Source: a virus
Lineage: Duplodnaviria > Caudoviricetes
Virus record (IMG/VR): IMGVR_UViG_3300031993_000007
Strand: one strand, 5' to 3'
Length of the DNA: 64,000 bases
In this document: positions 39,818 to 49,933 of the stretch, piece after piece
How the letters are laid out: each line of letters opens with the position of its first letter
Position numbering within the stretch: position 1 is the stretch's first letter
Made by a program: the position numbers and the translations under genes
Notes under the pieces: model-generated
The model's database searches: none
What the model was told of the DNA's origin: nothing
Seen by the model: the letters and a program-made list of their open reading frames with translations, nothing else

Positions 39818-40435
39818 CTAATTTTCTTCAGCCTTAGGAACAATCACCTGAACCTTGGGCTTTTCAACCTTCGGCTTCGGCGAGTATTTCTTCTTGGGCT
39901 TAGGTGCTTGTTTGTTGGGCTTTGAAGGTTTCGGAGCAGATTCCATCTTGGCCTTAAGTCCTGCAAGGGCTTTCAAGCTCTTCTTGCTGAAGTTTCCACC
40001 ACCAACGAACTTGGCAGTAGAGATTTCATTAGGACTAACCAATTTTCGAATGGCCGGATTCTCCGCAGCCAGCACCAAAGCTTCGGCGCTTAGGTTGTCC
40101 AGTCCGAGGTCATAGCCTTGTGCTGTCCAGACTGAGTGTCCGGGCTTCACTGGCTTCTTGGCTACAGGATCGAAGAAACTAGTCCCCTTATTTCGTCTTG
40201 TAGCGACTCCCGTGATTGGATCGACTTCAGCGATAACCTTCGGAAGCAATTTCCGAAGGAACCCGAAGTTCTTACGATCGTGAAAGTCTTTCTTATTACC
40301 GTGAAGAAGAATCCTCTCAATTTCTTTCTTACGAGTTTCGACTTCTTGGTTTGAAGCATTCTGCGGCTCAGGTGCTGGCTGTTCCGAAGTCTGCTTAAGA
40401 TCTTCTTTCACTTCCGCTTCTTTTGTTTTTTCCAT
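39818..40435 (-). CDS. hypothetical protein, Lys/Pro-rich C-terminus
   Basis: GAGG SD; followed by hairpins and a terminator. Confidence 0.6.
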   Translation of the reverse strand: MEKTKEAEVKEDLKQTSEQPAPEPQNASNQEVETRKKEIERILLHGNKKDFHDRKNFGFLRKLLPKVIAEVDPITGVATRRNKGTSFFDPVAKKPVKPGHSVWTAQGYDLGLDNLSAEALVLAAENPAIRKLVSPNEISTAKFVGGGNFSKKSLKALAGLKAKMESAPKPSKPNKQAPKPKKKYSPKPKVEKPKVQVIVPKAEEN

Positions 40436-40898
40436 TTTCTACCTCTTTCTCTTTCAAGAATACGAAGACTCTACATCTTCGCCTTGAAATTTCAACAAGG
40501 AACTTCAAAGGCTTGTTTAGCTCCTTGTACTTAACATTCTTTCTTGACAGTAAATCTGGATCCTTTAGGACTGGCCTATACGATAGCGTGATCTTTTTGC
40601 CTGACTTAATAAGACGATGCAACAGTGACACCGGCTCCTGAAATAAGCCACAGGCAAGGTATTTCGACTCAGTTTCAGCCGAAACAACACCATCATACGT
40701 AAAGTCCTTTAGAGAGATATAGACTATCAAGTTCGGTAAGTGCGCAACCACCCAATTTCTAACCACATATATCGGAATCTCTTCTGCCATAGCTTTGGAA
40801 ACAAATTCTTTGGCGTCTGATATCTGCTCTATGGGGACCTTGGAATATTTCCATTGATTTGCATCAAGGAAACGTTGAACACTTGGGGGCAAATACAT
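40395..40898 (-). CDS. hypothetical protein
   Basis: AAGG SD; overlaps the next gene. Confidence 0.55.
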   Translation of the reverse strand: MYLPPSVQRFLDANQWKYSKVPIEQISDAKEFVSKAMAEEIPIYVVRNWVVAHLPNLIVYISLKDFTYDGVVSAETESKYLACGLFQEPVSLLHRLIKSGKKITLSYRPVLKDPDLLSRKNVKYKELNKPLKFLVEISRRRCRVFVFLKEKEVENGKNKRSGSERRS

Positions 40899-40962
40899 TA
40901 AAATCCTTCGGGTACAAGTACCCAGCTAGATTTAACTACTTATTGTTCAAATTGAGGTTTTT

Positions 40963-41397
40963 ATGACTTTAGCTGACCTTACATCTTTGGCCGGAGTACT
41001 TGGAGCTGCTGACATTCCTGAGCTTTTCAACAAATTTATCAAGAATGTAAGCCTTATTTCTGGCAAAGTAATCGAAATCAATACAGACTTTGACTACCGC
41101 AAGAAAGAGATTGTCAGCCCGATCTATTATTGCGCTGGAGTCACAGGCAACCTGATACGTTTAGTGCCCGCAAATGACTATGCGGTTAATCGCCATTTCA
41201 ATAGTCTATATGTAGACGCTGAACGCCTTGCAACTGTCATGACCTTCGATCAAACTGTCAATAAGTTCCGTCAAGAATACGAAGCTAAGCTTAAGACAGA
41301 AATTGCCGAAGGTAAGTTCGTCAACCGTGATACAGGAAGAATTATTGGTGCTGACGAACCAGAACGTATCCGTACATATCCTTCTGAAAAGGAATAG
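40963..41397 (+). CDS. hypothetical protein
   Basis: Late-type motif at 40934-40945 and GAGG SD. Confidence 0.6.
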   Translation: MTLADLTSLAGVLGAADIPELFNKFIKNVSLISGKVIEINTDFDYRKKEIVSPIYYCAGVTGNLIRLVPANDYAVNRHFNSLYVDAERLATVMTFDQTVNKFRQEYEAKLKTEIAEGKFVNRDTGRIIGADEPERIRTYPSEKE

Positions 41398-41440
41398 GAC
41401 TATCGCCAAAGCCTCGTAGGCTTTGGCAGTCCATTTCCAA

Positions 41441-42301
41441 TTACTTAAGGAGAGCGGCAGCACGTTCTTGAATCTTGGCGGCACGTGCAGCGGCCTTGAT
41501 ATCGTCTGCTTCGAGACGTTCCACAGACGCCTTAAGGTGCTTGAAGTATTCCGGAGCGACGGTCTTGGTCAATTCCTTATCGGCCTGGAACTGACCGTCT
41601 ACCATCTTACCAGCTTCTACGCTGATAATCTTGCCGGAAGGATCCTTGTTGACCATAACTGCGGCGTTGATGCCTTCAAAGATCTTGCGAGCGCTGATTT
41701 CAAGATGCGGCCCGTTGTAGAAAATGATGTCCTTGGGTTCACGGAAGCTGCCCTTCTTCTGTTCATGCTTGAAGAGAAAGCCGAACAGGTTGCAACGATA
41801 ATGACTGATAACATCGTCGCCGACAAACTTTTCAATAGCTTCAAACAGACGGCGGCTCTGAGCGAGAGTCACACCGGAGAAGTCCATTTCTTCGTAGCTC
41901 ACGAGGAAGTTCTGGAACATACGGAAGAATGCGTCACGAGTCAGCTGGTCGCCATCTTCCAGCTGTTTTTCTTCCTTCGGGCCACGGTTGATCACAACCT
42001 TTTTGACCGGAGAAAGTTTCTTAGAATCATTAGCAGCCTTATCCAGGGCTGCTGCAACATTTGCTGTCGGTGCCGCTGCGACCTTCTTGGCCACAGGAGC
42101 AGATTTGGGTGCCGGAGCCGCCGGAGCTTCTGCAACTTCTACAGTGGGAGCTTCTTCAGCTGCTTCTTCAGCCGGGGTTTCGACAACAGTCGATTCGGAT
42201 GCAAGATCAGCAGCGAGATCAGCAGCGGGTGTAGCGGGAGCCTTGGGGGCGACAGGTGCCGCAGTGACGCCACGGCGGACGATACGAGGTGCGATAGCCA
42301 T
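41441..42301 (-). CDS. HU/IHF-like DNA-binding protein with long Ala/Pro/Glu/Lys-rich N-terminal arm
   Basis: LTRDAFF...TLAQSRRLFEAIEKFV.DDV....NLFGF.F....KG.FREPK follows the HU helix-helix-beta-arm pattern; strong codon bias; AAGGAG SD. Confidence 0.5.
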   Translation of the reverse strand: MAIAPRIVRRGVTAAPVAPKAPATPAADLAADLASESTVVETPAEEAAEEAPTVEVAEAPAAPAPKSAPVAKKVAAAPTANVAAALDKAANDSKKLSPVKKVVINRGPKEEKQLEDGDQLTRDAFFRMFQNFLVSYEEMDFSGVTLAQSRRLFEAIEKFVGDDVISHYRCNLFGFLFKHEQKKGSFREPKDIIFYNGPHLEISARKIFEGINAAVMVNKDPSGKIISVEAGKMVDGQFQADKELTKTVAPEYFKHLKASVERLEADDIKAAARAAKIQERAAALLK

Positions 42302-42519
42302 AAGACTATACTCCTTTTTGGTTTTGTGTTGAACGTTCATTGCAATCTAAGATTGCAGAGATTAATATAGTGACATAACCTAGGTGAAACCTTGATTATT
42401 CAATAAATTTGTTCGGACATATAGAATAAGGAAAACTTCGATAAGCACAAAAATTTCTATGGTCCTTTCTGTTATAAATATCATATGATAAACAAGCTAT
42501 TGAAATAAAGGAAAATATT

Positions 42520-43215
42520 ATGGATCCAGATGTCGTTGTATCTTTAACCTCTTATAAAGGAAGAATATACAATAAAAGATTTATAGATGTTTTAGAGCAA
42601 CTTGTTACGCAAGTAACACAGTATCATTACAAGACAGTTCTTGTTTTATCTTATGATGAATTTGCTAATAAAGAAAAAGATCTACCAACTGAAGTATTAG
42701 ATCTCAAAAGTAATAATAACTTTGAGATACTTTGGACTAAAGAGAATACAAAGGCTCTAAAGAAGTATAATCCAACTTCTAAGAAATACAAAGATATTCC
42801 TATAATTTGTTTAGGAGATGATACAATTTATTCTAGATGCCTTGTAGAATTAGTATATGGAATGTATCTTGAACATAACAAAGGTAGGTTTAAACCAGAT
42901 TGCATTTGTGCTCAAATGAGTACGGTTGATAAAATTTGTGTACCTTGGAGAATCAGGATTTTTCCTCCTAATTGCATGATCGATATTCCAGAAGAATTAT
43001 TTAAAGAATTTCATGAGCATGACGATCTTTTCTATGGTCTTCGTCTTTATTTAAATTCTACAAAGGTAGTGAATTTCCCAATTTTACGGCATCTCGTTCT
43101 TCAAGGTGGATATTTTGGCCAAGAGAAAACACTAAATCAAGTTTATCATTCATTTGACCAAGCTGAAATTATAAAGGAATTTGTTGATAACCATCCAGAA
43201 TACAAAATAGAATAA
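42520..43215 (+). CDS. GT-A fold glycosyltransferase-like protein
   Basis: VSLTSY..RI, KK..P, IICLGDD (DxD-like), HDDL; paralogue of the convergent neighbour. Confidence 0.7.
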   Translation: MDPDVVVSLTSYKGRIYNKRFIDVLEQLVTQVTQYHYKTVLVLSYDEFANKEKDLPTEVLDLKSNNNFEILWTKENTKALKKYNPTSKKYKDIPIICLGDDTIYSRCLVELVYGMYLEHNKGRFKPDCICAQMSTVDKICVPWRIRIFPPNCMIDIPEELFKEFHEHDDLFYGLRLYLNSTKVVNFPILRHLVLQGGYFGQEKTLNQVYHSFDQAEIIKEFVDNHPEYKIE

Positions 43216-43218
43216 GGC

Positions 43219-43911
43219 TTAAAACCTTATTCTATTTAAAAATACTTTATAAGCTTTTACATTATTAAAGCATTTATTTCTGCATAATCCATACTTTTCG
43301 CTGCTAGGTATATTGACGAAAACTGGTCTTCTTACTCCTAAAGGATTCAGAAACTTCCATCCAATTCTATACTTTTTAGCTAAGAATCCTATAAACATAT
43401 CGTCATGAAAAGTTTTTATAATACGATCATCTTCTAGATACCTGATATATCTATTAAATATACCGGGAGGATATAGGATACCACGCCCTCCATTTCCTAA
43501 ATCTATAGGAGTACCTTTTGGTCTATAATGTGTCCAGCTGACTAGTTTCCTTCTATTTTTTATCCATACTTTGTACAGATTCTCAGCAAAATTTTCTATG
43601 TAAATAACTCCATCATCGGCGCTTATTATTGGCGCTGTCGGATATTTTTTAGCTGTAAACAAAACCTTTTTGAAAGGCCCGTAGTTCTTTTTAACCCAAA
43701 GAATTTCTATTTGATTGTTGTTTATAAGAGAATTAAGATTCTCTGGTAATTCCGCTTCTTTTCTAGGGAATTCATCGGAGCTTAAACACAAAACAACATG
43801 ATAACCGGGGCATCTTTCTAGAATACTTTGAATCGTTACTGCAACAGTGTCTATACGCTTTTTCCAGCTTGTAAGGCTTATAATAGCCTTCTCATTATTA
43901 TACTTTTTCAT
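43219..43911 (-). CDS. GT-A fold glycosyltransferase-like protein
   Basis: ISLTSW..RI, GPFKK, IISADDG, G.GILYPP, HDDMF. Confidence 0.72.
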   Translation of the reverse strand: MKKYNNEKAIISLTSWKKRIDTVAVTIQSILERCPGYHVVLCLSSDEFPRKEAELPENLNSLINNNQIEILWVKKNYGPFKKVLFTAKKYPTAPIISADDGVIYIENFAENLYKVWIKNRRKLVSWTHYRPKGTPIDLGNGGRGILYPPGIFNRYIRYLEDDRIIKTFHDDMFIGFLAKKYRIGWKFLNPLGVRRPVFVNIPSSEKYGLCRNKCFNNVKAYKVFLNRIRF

Positions 43912-43970
43912 TTTATCCTCTTAATTAACTGTTGGTTAACAGATAATTGTTAAGAAAACACGAGGATAAA

Positions 43971-44876
43971 ATGCTTATTGATTATGTCGTTCCATTTGTA
44001 GACATGAGCGATCCCGAATGGAAGAAACTTTACAAAAAGTATATACATAAGGATCCGAATGGAAGTGCTAGGTTTAGAGATTATGGATCACTTAGATATC
44101 AATTTCGTGGTATAGAAAAGAATATGCCGTGGATACGAAATGTGTATTTAGTCGTTCAATCGCCTTCGCAAGTTCCAAATTGGCTAAATACTAAGCACCC
44201 TAAGGTTAAAATAATTTACCATAAAGATATAATTCCAAAGGAATTTCTTCCTACATTTAATAGCAGCGTTATTGAAATGTGGTACAACAGAATTCCGGGT
44301 ATTAGCGAGTACTTTATTGTAAGTAATGATGATATGATTCCGATACGTACTATGCAAAAAGATCAATTCTTTCGTAAGGATACTCCGGTGTATGCTTCTA
44401 AATTACAGGATACTAATACGAAACTTACTTCCAATGGTATATGGGATCACATTTTGTTTAATTCTAAGAAGCTTAGTAGTATTCTTAACAAGAAACGGAA
44501 TGTAATAAGCTATTCTAATGCACATCTTCTGCTTCCTCATAAGTTATCTATATGGAATGAAGTATGGAAGAAAGGAAAGACCAACTTACTACGAGGAATG
44601 GAAAACAGCCGTACCAGAAGGAAATACAACCATAATCATTGGCTGTTTGCCTTTTATGCTATAATAGATAATAAAGCTATTTTAGACATGAGTATCCCGC
44701 ATAAAGGATATGTTTATCTAGAATCTGAGAAGTCGATAGAAGATCTCAAAGCAATGATTGAGACTGCAAGTATGATATGTATTAATGATGGCGGATATAA
44801 GGATCCAGACGTAGAAAGAAAAATAGCTGATACCTTAAATGCTGTCCTTCCGAATAAATCTTCCTTTGAGAAATAA
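43971..44876 (+). CDS. Stealth-family hexose-1-phosphate transferase
   Basis: CR1 IDYVVPFVD.SDPEW; CR2 RFRD...LRY..R.IEKNMPWIRNVYLV...LPTFNSS.IE...NDD; CR4 ICIND. Confidence 0.92.
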   Translation: MLIDYVVPFVDMSDPEWKKLYKKYIHKDPNGSARFRDYGSLRYQFRGIEKNMPWIRNVYLVVQSPSQVPNWLNTKHPKVKIIYHKDIIPKEFLPTFNSSVIEMWYNRIPGISEYFIVSNDDMIPIRTMQKDQFFRKDTPVYASKLQDTNTKLTSNGIWDHILFNSKKLSSILNKKRNVISYSNAHLLLPHKLSIWNEVWKKGKTNLLRGMENSRTRRKYNHNHWLFAFYAIIDNKAILDMSIPHKGYVYLESEKSIEDLKAMIETASMICINDGGYKDPDVERKIADTLNAVLPNKSSFEK

Positions 44877-44912
44877 AATTAGGCTTGGAGTGATCCAAGC
44901 CTAATTATTAAA

Positions 44913-46484
44913 TTATTCAAGAGTAGGAAGAATTTCATCGAATTTCCAGTGCTTCTTCTTAGGAATGCTATCAGAGACTGATACTTCTTCTTCCATCTTT
45001 TTGGTATATTCCGAGAAGCCTTTGTAGCGACAATGAAGAATTCTGATTCGCTCGTCTTCTAAGGTGTAAGGACAATTTGGAATACCAACTCCTCGAATGG
45101 TCTTTCCATTACAAAGAAGGGATCCAAAGAATACAGAACTTTTTGGAACATGACCGCCAATTGAATTCTCCCATATTTCTTCATAGTGAATTTTTCCATA
45201 TCGGCGAACAAATGTCTTTATGGTTCCATCCCCAAGCCACATGAATTTCTTTGCAAGTTCGGTATTTTCTTCAGTACAATAGTCTAATACCTTTCCTGTA
45301 CGTTCTGTATGGAACTTCTTAGGGAACAGATGCTTCCATCTTACGGACAGCATATCCATATGCGGGAATTTGCATCTATAATACATGATAGCATCATATA
45401 CAGATTCAAATTTGCCTATATCAAGATATTCATCGTCGTCTAGGGCTATAATCCATTCTGCATTGGAACGGCATTCAATATAGGAATCATACAATCTGTA
45501 CTGGTAAGCCTGACCCTCGATACGCTCGTAAGTAACTCTGTCTCCGTATTCGTCGCAGACAGATTTTGCATCATATCCTGATTCGTTGTCAAAGACATGG
45601 ACTCGATCGAACTTGCACTTGTTTAAATGGTGGTCAAGCCATTCCCTAAGATCTGCTGGATTGAGATACTTAGTCAGCAGCATTACTTCTGTCTTGTACT
45701 TGAACGAAGTAGGGAATAAAATTCTTTTGTCAATACGATTAGGATATATAGGCTTATTGCACAGATAATAGTACTGGTCGTAATTCAGATATTTCTCGAC
45801 CTGAAGAGGCGAATTATGTCTGCAATAGGCCATGAACGTAGATTGTATTATCTGTGGAGAAAGCAGAAATAGAGAGATTTTGTCAATATATTTGTATAGA
45901 AGTTTGTGTACTACAATCTCGTCAATTCGAATTGGTCTACCATTCGAACCGAGGGCAATTACATACCTCCAGACATGCTTTAAAAACCTTTGCATGATCT
46001 GATTATTCTTCACGATCGAAAATTGCAGACCAACAGCACCTGCAAAGTTACTCTGTTTCATCTTCTTAATGAACGAGTCTAAAATCTTTATATCACGATG
46101 CGAAATTCGCTTAGGGCCAGACTTCCCCCATTTCATTAGCTTCATTTCGTCGTTCTTGTAATTATTGAGCATCAAAGAATAATCTGCTTGACTTTCAACA
46201 AATCTGTCAAAGATAATCTTTAAGCTATCTTGAATCTGTATTGACGCATCAACAATTATAACAATATCGGTTTTTGCATACTTGAAAGGATGATGTCTTA
46301 CATAAAAAGACGCATATAGCGGATCTTTATCCTTTAAATCTTCGTCTTCTATAATATTCCAAACATTAGACTTTCCCTCTTTGTCTGTTACATAAATGTA
46401 ATCGGCTTCAGGATCTGTTTTTATCGGATCTCTAATGAGATCGTAATTTCCGAAGTTGTAAGACAAAACTGTATACTTTTTCAT
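44913..46484 (-). CDS. two-domain glycosyltransferase (DUF616-like plus GT2/GT92-like)
   Basis: N-terminal YT....GNYD...P......Y.YVTD...VDAS; C-terminal EWLDHH...FDNES...Q...Y...WIIALDDDEYL. Confidence 0.75.
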   Translation of the reverse strand: MKKYTVLSYNFGNYDLIRDPIKTDPEADYIYVTDKEGKSNVWNIIEDEDLKDKDPLYASFYVRHHPFKYAKTDIVIIVDASIQIQDSLKIIFDRFVESQADYSLMLNNYKNDEMKLMKWGKSGPKRISHRDIKILDSFIKKMKQSNFAGAVGLQFSIVKNNQIMQRFLKHVWRYVIALGSNGRPIRIDEIVVHKLLYKYIDKISLFLLSPQIIQSTFMAYCRHNSPLQVEKYLNYDQYYYLCNKPIYPNRIDKRILFPTSFKYKTEVMLLTKYLNPADLREWLDHHLNKCKFDRVHVFDNESGYDAKSVCDEYGDRVTYERIEGQAYQYRLYDSYIECRSNAEWIIALDDDEYLDIGKFESVYDAIMYYRCKFPHMDMLSVRWKHLFPKKFHTERTGKVLDYCTEENTELAKKFMWLGDGTIKTFVRRYGKIHYEEIWENSIGGHVPKSSVFFGSLLCNGKTIRGVGIPNCPYTLEDERIRILHCRYKGFSEYTKKMEEEVSVSDSIPKKKHWKFDEILPTLE

Positions 46485-46549
46485 AATTGCTCCTATAAAA
46501 AAGTTAATGAGACGATCATTTCTGATCGTCTCATTAATCGCTAAATCCA

Positions 46550-48040
46550 TTATTGGTTACTTGATACTCTCAAAGTACTCTTTCCAGTCATGACGGTGAA
46601 GAAATCTCCAATAATTCGTATGAAGATTGTGTCATTATCTTGGAAGTGCTCTTCTACGGTCTTGGCACTTTCACTGGCTGTCTCAATGGCGCTAGAATCC
46701 AAAAACGTATGGGCGGGATACATTCTCTTTAGCTCAGTATCGCCATTGGTCACTATAATAGAATCTAAGGCAGAGGTAGCAGTCGAGGTATCGCATACAA
46801 CTATCGTATCGGGATGTTCTTCTCCACCAAGATAGATTTCAAGACAGCTGCAGCGACTATCAAGATAGCCATTAGCAACATTGTACTTATTATTTGTAAT
46901 GACGATTTCCTGGTGGTTGTTCTGATCAATACGCCCTATTGGTACAGATTCTCTCGGCATAGAAGAGAATCCGAGATCTTCCCAAGAAGGGACACCTTCT
47001 ACAACAGTAAGAACCTTTCCTTCGTCACCATCGTCTACATGAGGGACTGGCGTTGCAACACAGAGACCGTCATAATTAGAGTCAAATACAATAGTGTCAA
47101 AGTCAACATTTACGTAGAGACCGCTGTTTATATCATTTTTGATGGTTGTTTCATCGACCTTTACGTTGAGAGTATTATTGTCTGAACGGTATTCTAAACC
47201 TTCACCAGCAAACCCTTCGGCGCTAGGTGTAGGAAGATTTCCCCACACGACTTCATCGGTGTTATTGTTACTGTTGTGCTGAACAGTAAGGAATTTTCCG
47301 TCATTATCGCTTGGATCCGGAACCGGAGTCGTTACATTCAGCTCTTCGCCGGATGCTGTCAAGCCATCACCAGCAAGGCTACTGGCATCCGGAACCGGAA
47401 GATCGATGGTCTTATTGTCGTTGGCGTTAGCGCCAAAAGTGTCTACAGTGTTTCCATTGATCTGTAGCGTAAGAGTACCCGTACCGATCGTAGGCTTGTT
47501 GCTAAGATCGTTATAGCTATTGGAGAAAGCCGCAGCTCCAAGTTCGCTGCTCCTGGGATAATCCGTCAGATCTACTTCTTTCTCACGGCCAACGATATAC
47601 CAGCCGTTTGAGCTCCATGCTATCTCGTCATACTCCTGCGTCACGAGAGTCTTAGCTGTTCCTGCGGGATATTCATAGGAAATGGTGCCGCCGTCACTTA
47701 CGGAATACACATATCCTACTTCGACTTCGCTAAGATCAAAGCTGGAAATCTCTGCGGCGGTATTAGCACCTTTAAAGACTAAAGCTCCAGCCGGAATTTT
47801 GGCTTCAACTTCGGAGACCCTAGCGTTAAGAACTGTAAGGCTACTCGTGTTTGCATTAATCCTGCTATTCAAAGCAGCGATCTCGGAGTTCACCTCAGTT
47901 TTAAGAGCTATTTTGGCGGCATCAAATTTCTTGGTACCGAATACTTCTGAGTCAATAGGAATAAATCCTACCAACGAGCTGTGTTCTACAAGCTCACGAA
48001 TTTTCTTCGTAGGCAGTTCGCTAACAGACAAGTTTTTCAT
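46550..48040 (-). CDS. tail-fibre-like virion protein
   Basis: Coiled coil, FKG repeat, AFSNSYNDLSNKPTI, AGDGL/AGEGL shaft repeats, D.GK.LTV..G...W motifs. Confidence 0.65.
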   Translation of the reverse strand: MKNLSVSELPTKKIRELVEHSSLVGFIPIDSEVFGTKKFDAAKIALKTEVNSEIAALNSRINANTSSLTVLNARVSEVEAKIPAGALVFKGANTAAEISSFDLSEVEVGYVYSVSDGGTISYEYPAGTAKTLVTQEYDEIAWSSNGWYIVGREKEVDLTDYPRSSELGAAAFSNSYNDLSNKPTIGTGTLTLQINGNTVDTFGANANDNKTIDLPVPDASSLAGDGLTASGEELNVTTPVPDPSDNDGKFLTVQHNSNNNTDEVVWGNLPTPSAEGFAGEGLEYRSDNNTLNVKVDETTIKNDINSGLYVNVDFDTIVFDSNYDGLCVATPVPHVDDGDEGKVLTVVEGVPSWEDLGFSSMPRESVPIGRIDQNNHQEIVITNNKYNVANGYLDSRCSCLEIYLGGEEHPDTIVVCDTSTATSALDSIIVTNGDTELKRMYPAHTFLDSSAIETASESAKTVEEHFQDNDTIFIRIIGDFFTVMTGKSTLRVSSNQ

Positions 48041-48164
48041 AAGATCTCATAAAAATGTAATATGCAATATAGTGTTTCTCAGAATATGAAGTATTATACA
48101 CTTTTAAAAGGGTTAAAAATAACCAATAGGATTTTCCTATTGGTTATTTGCTAGATTAGCGTAG

Positions 48165-49157
48165 TTATTCTTCAATCCATTCGGATCTGTCTGCTTGGCT
48201 CTGAGCCCAGCTGATTGGCTGTCCTCTCGACGGACTGCAATGCTTGCACAGCGGATTAGGCAGAAGCATTCTTACAAGAAGTTCTTCCGGAATTTCTATG
48301 TCATCGACATGGATCCTATTGAAATCAGAGGTATTCAGATTCAAATTAAAGTGATCATTAACATGAGCGATACCTGCGCTGTTGCAGCAGAGATAGATGT
48401 AATTGCCTTTCAAAGCCAAACAACGACTATTGTAACAGGAAGCCTTGCTATTTACAGAATAGACGGGCTCTGGATTCATGGGGAATGTTCCGAAATTAGC
48501 AGGAACCATCCCGCCGACTTTAAAGTTTATCTCGCCATCATTGTAGTCTTGAGTAGCTAAGTCAAACCCTTCGTCGTTATGGCCCATATAGCAGCTTCCG
48601 ATTAGTACTGTATTTGTCTCTTTAGCTTTTGCAAGGAACCATTCACGATTCTCTCTGTAAAGCAGAAGATTCGAATACACAGCTCTAATCTTATTCGGAA
48701 AATATGTATAAGCTGCATCAATCAGAGACGACAAATCTTTATTCAAGAATGGTTCGCCACCAGTCAAGAAGAGCCATCCTATGACCGAAGACAATTTTGT
48801 CATCTTAGACAAAACTGCGCTAAGATCGTCTGCATTGTAATCGTCAGAATCTTCATTTGAAACGATCGGGGCGAAATGTCCGCACGTAGCACAATTAAGA
48901 TTGCAATGCTCTGTAACGATGATATCAATATTAGGAATAATTCCAAAGTCGTTTACTGCGCTTTCGCTGATATTTTTTGAAACATACAGCTTCTGGCTTC
49001 TGAGCCTAGCTTCAGTTTCAACAGCATCAATCAACTCGATAGCTGGCCTGTATAATGAATGGCTTCTCATCAACTGACAAACCCCAATAATATACTCTAA
49101 ATCTTGTTCAGACTTAGCAGTCTGGGTTATGTAATCTTTGACAGAAAAGTTTTGCAT
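48165..49157 (-). CDS. radical SAM protein with Cys-rich C-terminus
   Basis: HCNLNCATCGHF, LTGGEPFL, additional C..C...LCC...CKHC. Confidence 0.85.
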   Translation of the reverse strand: MQNFSVKDYITQTAKSEQDLEYIIGVCQLMRSHSLYRPAIELIDAVETEARLRSQKLYVSKNISESAVNDFGIIPNIDIIVTEHCNLNCATCGHFAPIVSNEDSDDYNADDLSAVLSKMTKLSSVIGWLFLTGGEPFLNKDLSSLIDAAYTYFPNKIRAVYSNLLLYRENREWFLAKAKETNTVLIGSCYMGHNDEGFDLATQDYNDGEINFKVGGMVPANFGTFPMNPEPVYSVNSKASCYNSRCLALKGNYIYLCCNSAGIAHVNDHFNLNLNTSDFNRIHVDDIEIPEELLVRMLLPNPLCKHCSPSRGQPISWAQSQADRSEWIEE

Positions 49158-49166
49158 AGTTGTTCC

Positions 49167-49883
49167 TTATTGTAAATTATAAATTTCCTTTCTAAGTTTA
49201 CAGCGCTTTACGAAGTTATCGCAAAGTTGAATAAGCTTGCCTAGATCGGTATCTTTTCTAGAGAGATCTAAAGGATTATCTTCCGATATGCAATTACCGT
49301 TGATTTTGCATCCACCAATTTCTCCAGAAAGAATAACTTCGCTAGTGCATCCTACTTTCCAGCCTTCGATGTTCATAATATCGCCATTCCAAGAATCTTC
49401 ATCTCCCCAAGTTCCATCAAAACATGGATGAAATATTCGTCCTTTATTTATTTCACGAAATCTTTTAATCAGATTCTTTCTGTATAAGATTCCACACGAA
49501 TAACATCCATTGATTTGAATTTTTGGATCTTCCGGAAGATTTATCTGATGGGTTGTTCCATCAAAGTAGTCTTTTCTTGGATCGTCCTTGATTCCTAACA
49601 ATACGCAATCAAAGAGCATATCTTCTAAAGCATGAAGATTTCCTATTGGAACTTTATCTCCGTCTAGAAACAAGATATCTTCATCATAGAAATTGATAGC
49701 CCCTAAATCACGCATTCGCCCAGCTAAAAATCCTTCGCCATTGAAGTTGAAGATTGCAGGTATATCTAAGGGATATTCTAACGTTGGTCGGTCTATCACA
49801 TAAATATGATCAAAATCTTTTAATCTTTCTTCGAATTTATGGATTTCAGATGGCTGATCTTTAGAAATTATAACTACTTTCAT
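49167..49883 (-). CDS. GT2/galactosyltransferase-like glycosyltransferase
   Basis: AG.MRD.GA, ILFLDGD.VP, F.GTWG.ED motifs. Confidence 0.75.
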   Translation of the reverse strand: MKVVIISKDQPSEIHKFEERLKDFDHIYVIDRPTLEYPLDIPAIFNFNGEGFLAGRMRDLGAINFYDEDILFLDGDKVPIGNLHALEDMLFDCVLLGIKDDPRKDYFDGTTHQINLPEDPKIQINGCYSCGILYRKNLIKRFREINKGRIFHPCFDGTWGDEDSWNGDIMNIEGWKVGCTSEVILSGEIGGCKINGNCISEDNPLDLSRKDTDLGKLIQLCDNFVKRCKLRKEIYNLQ

Positions 49884-49933
49884 TAAAACTCCAAAAAATG
49901 CTCCGAGGTACAATAGTACCCGGAGCATTTCTA

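Noticed and set aside
41423-42370. 315-aa plus-strand ORF
   Set aside because: Antisense shadow of the codon-biased HU-like gene; no recognisable motifs.
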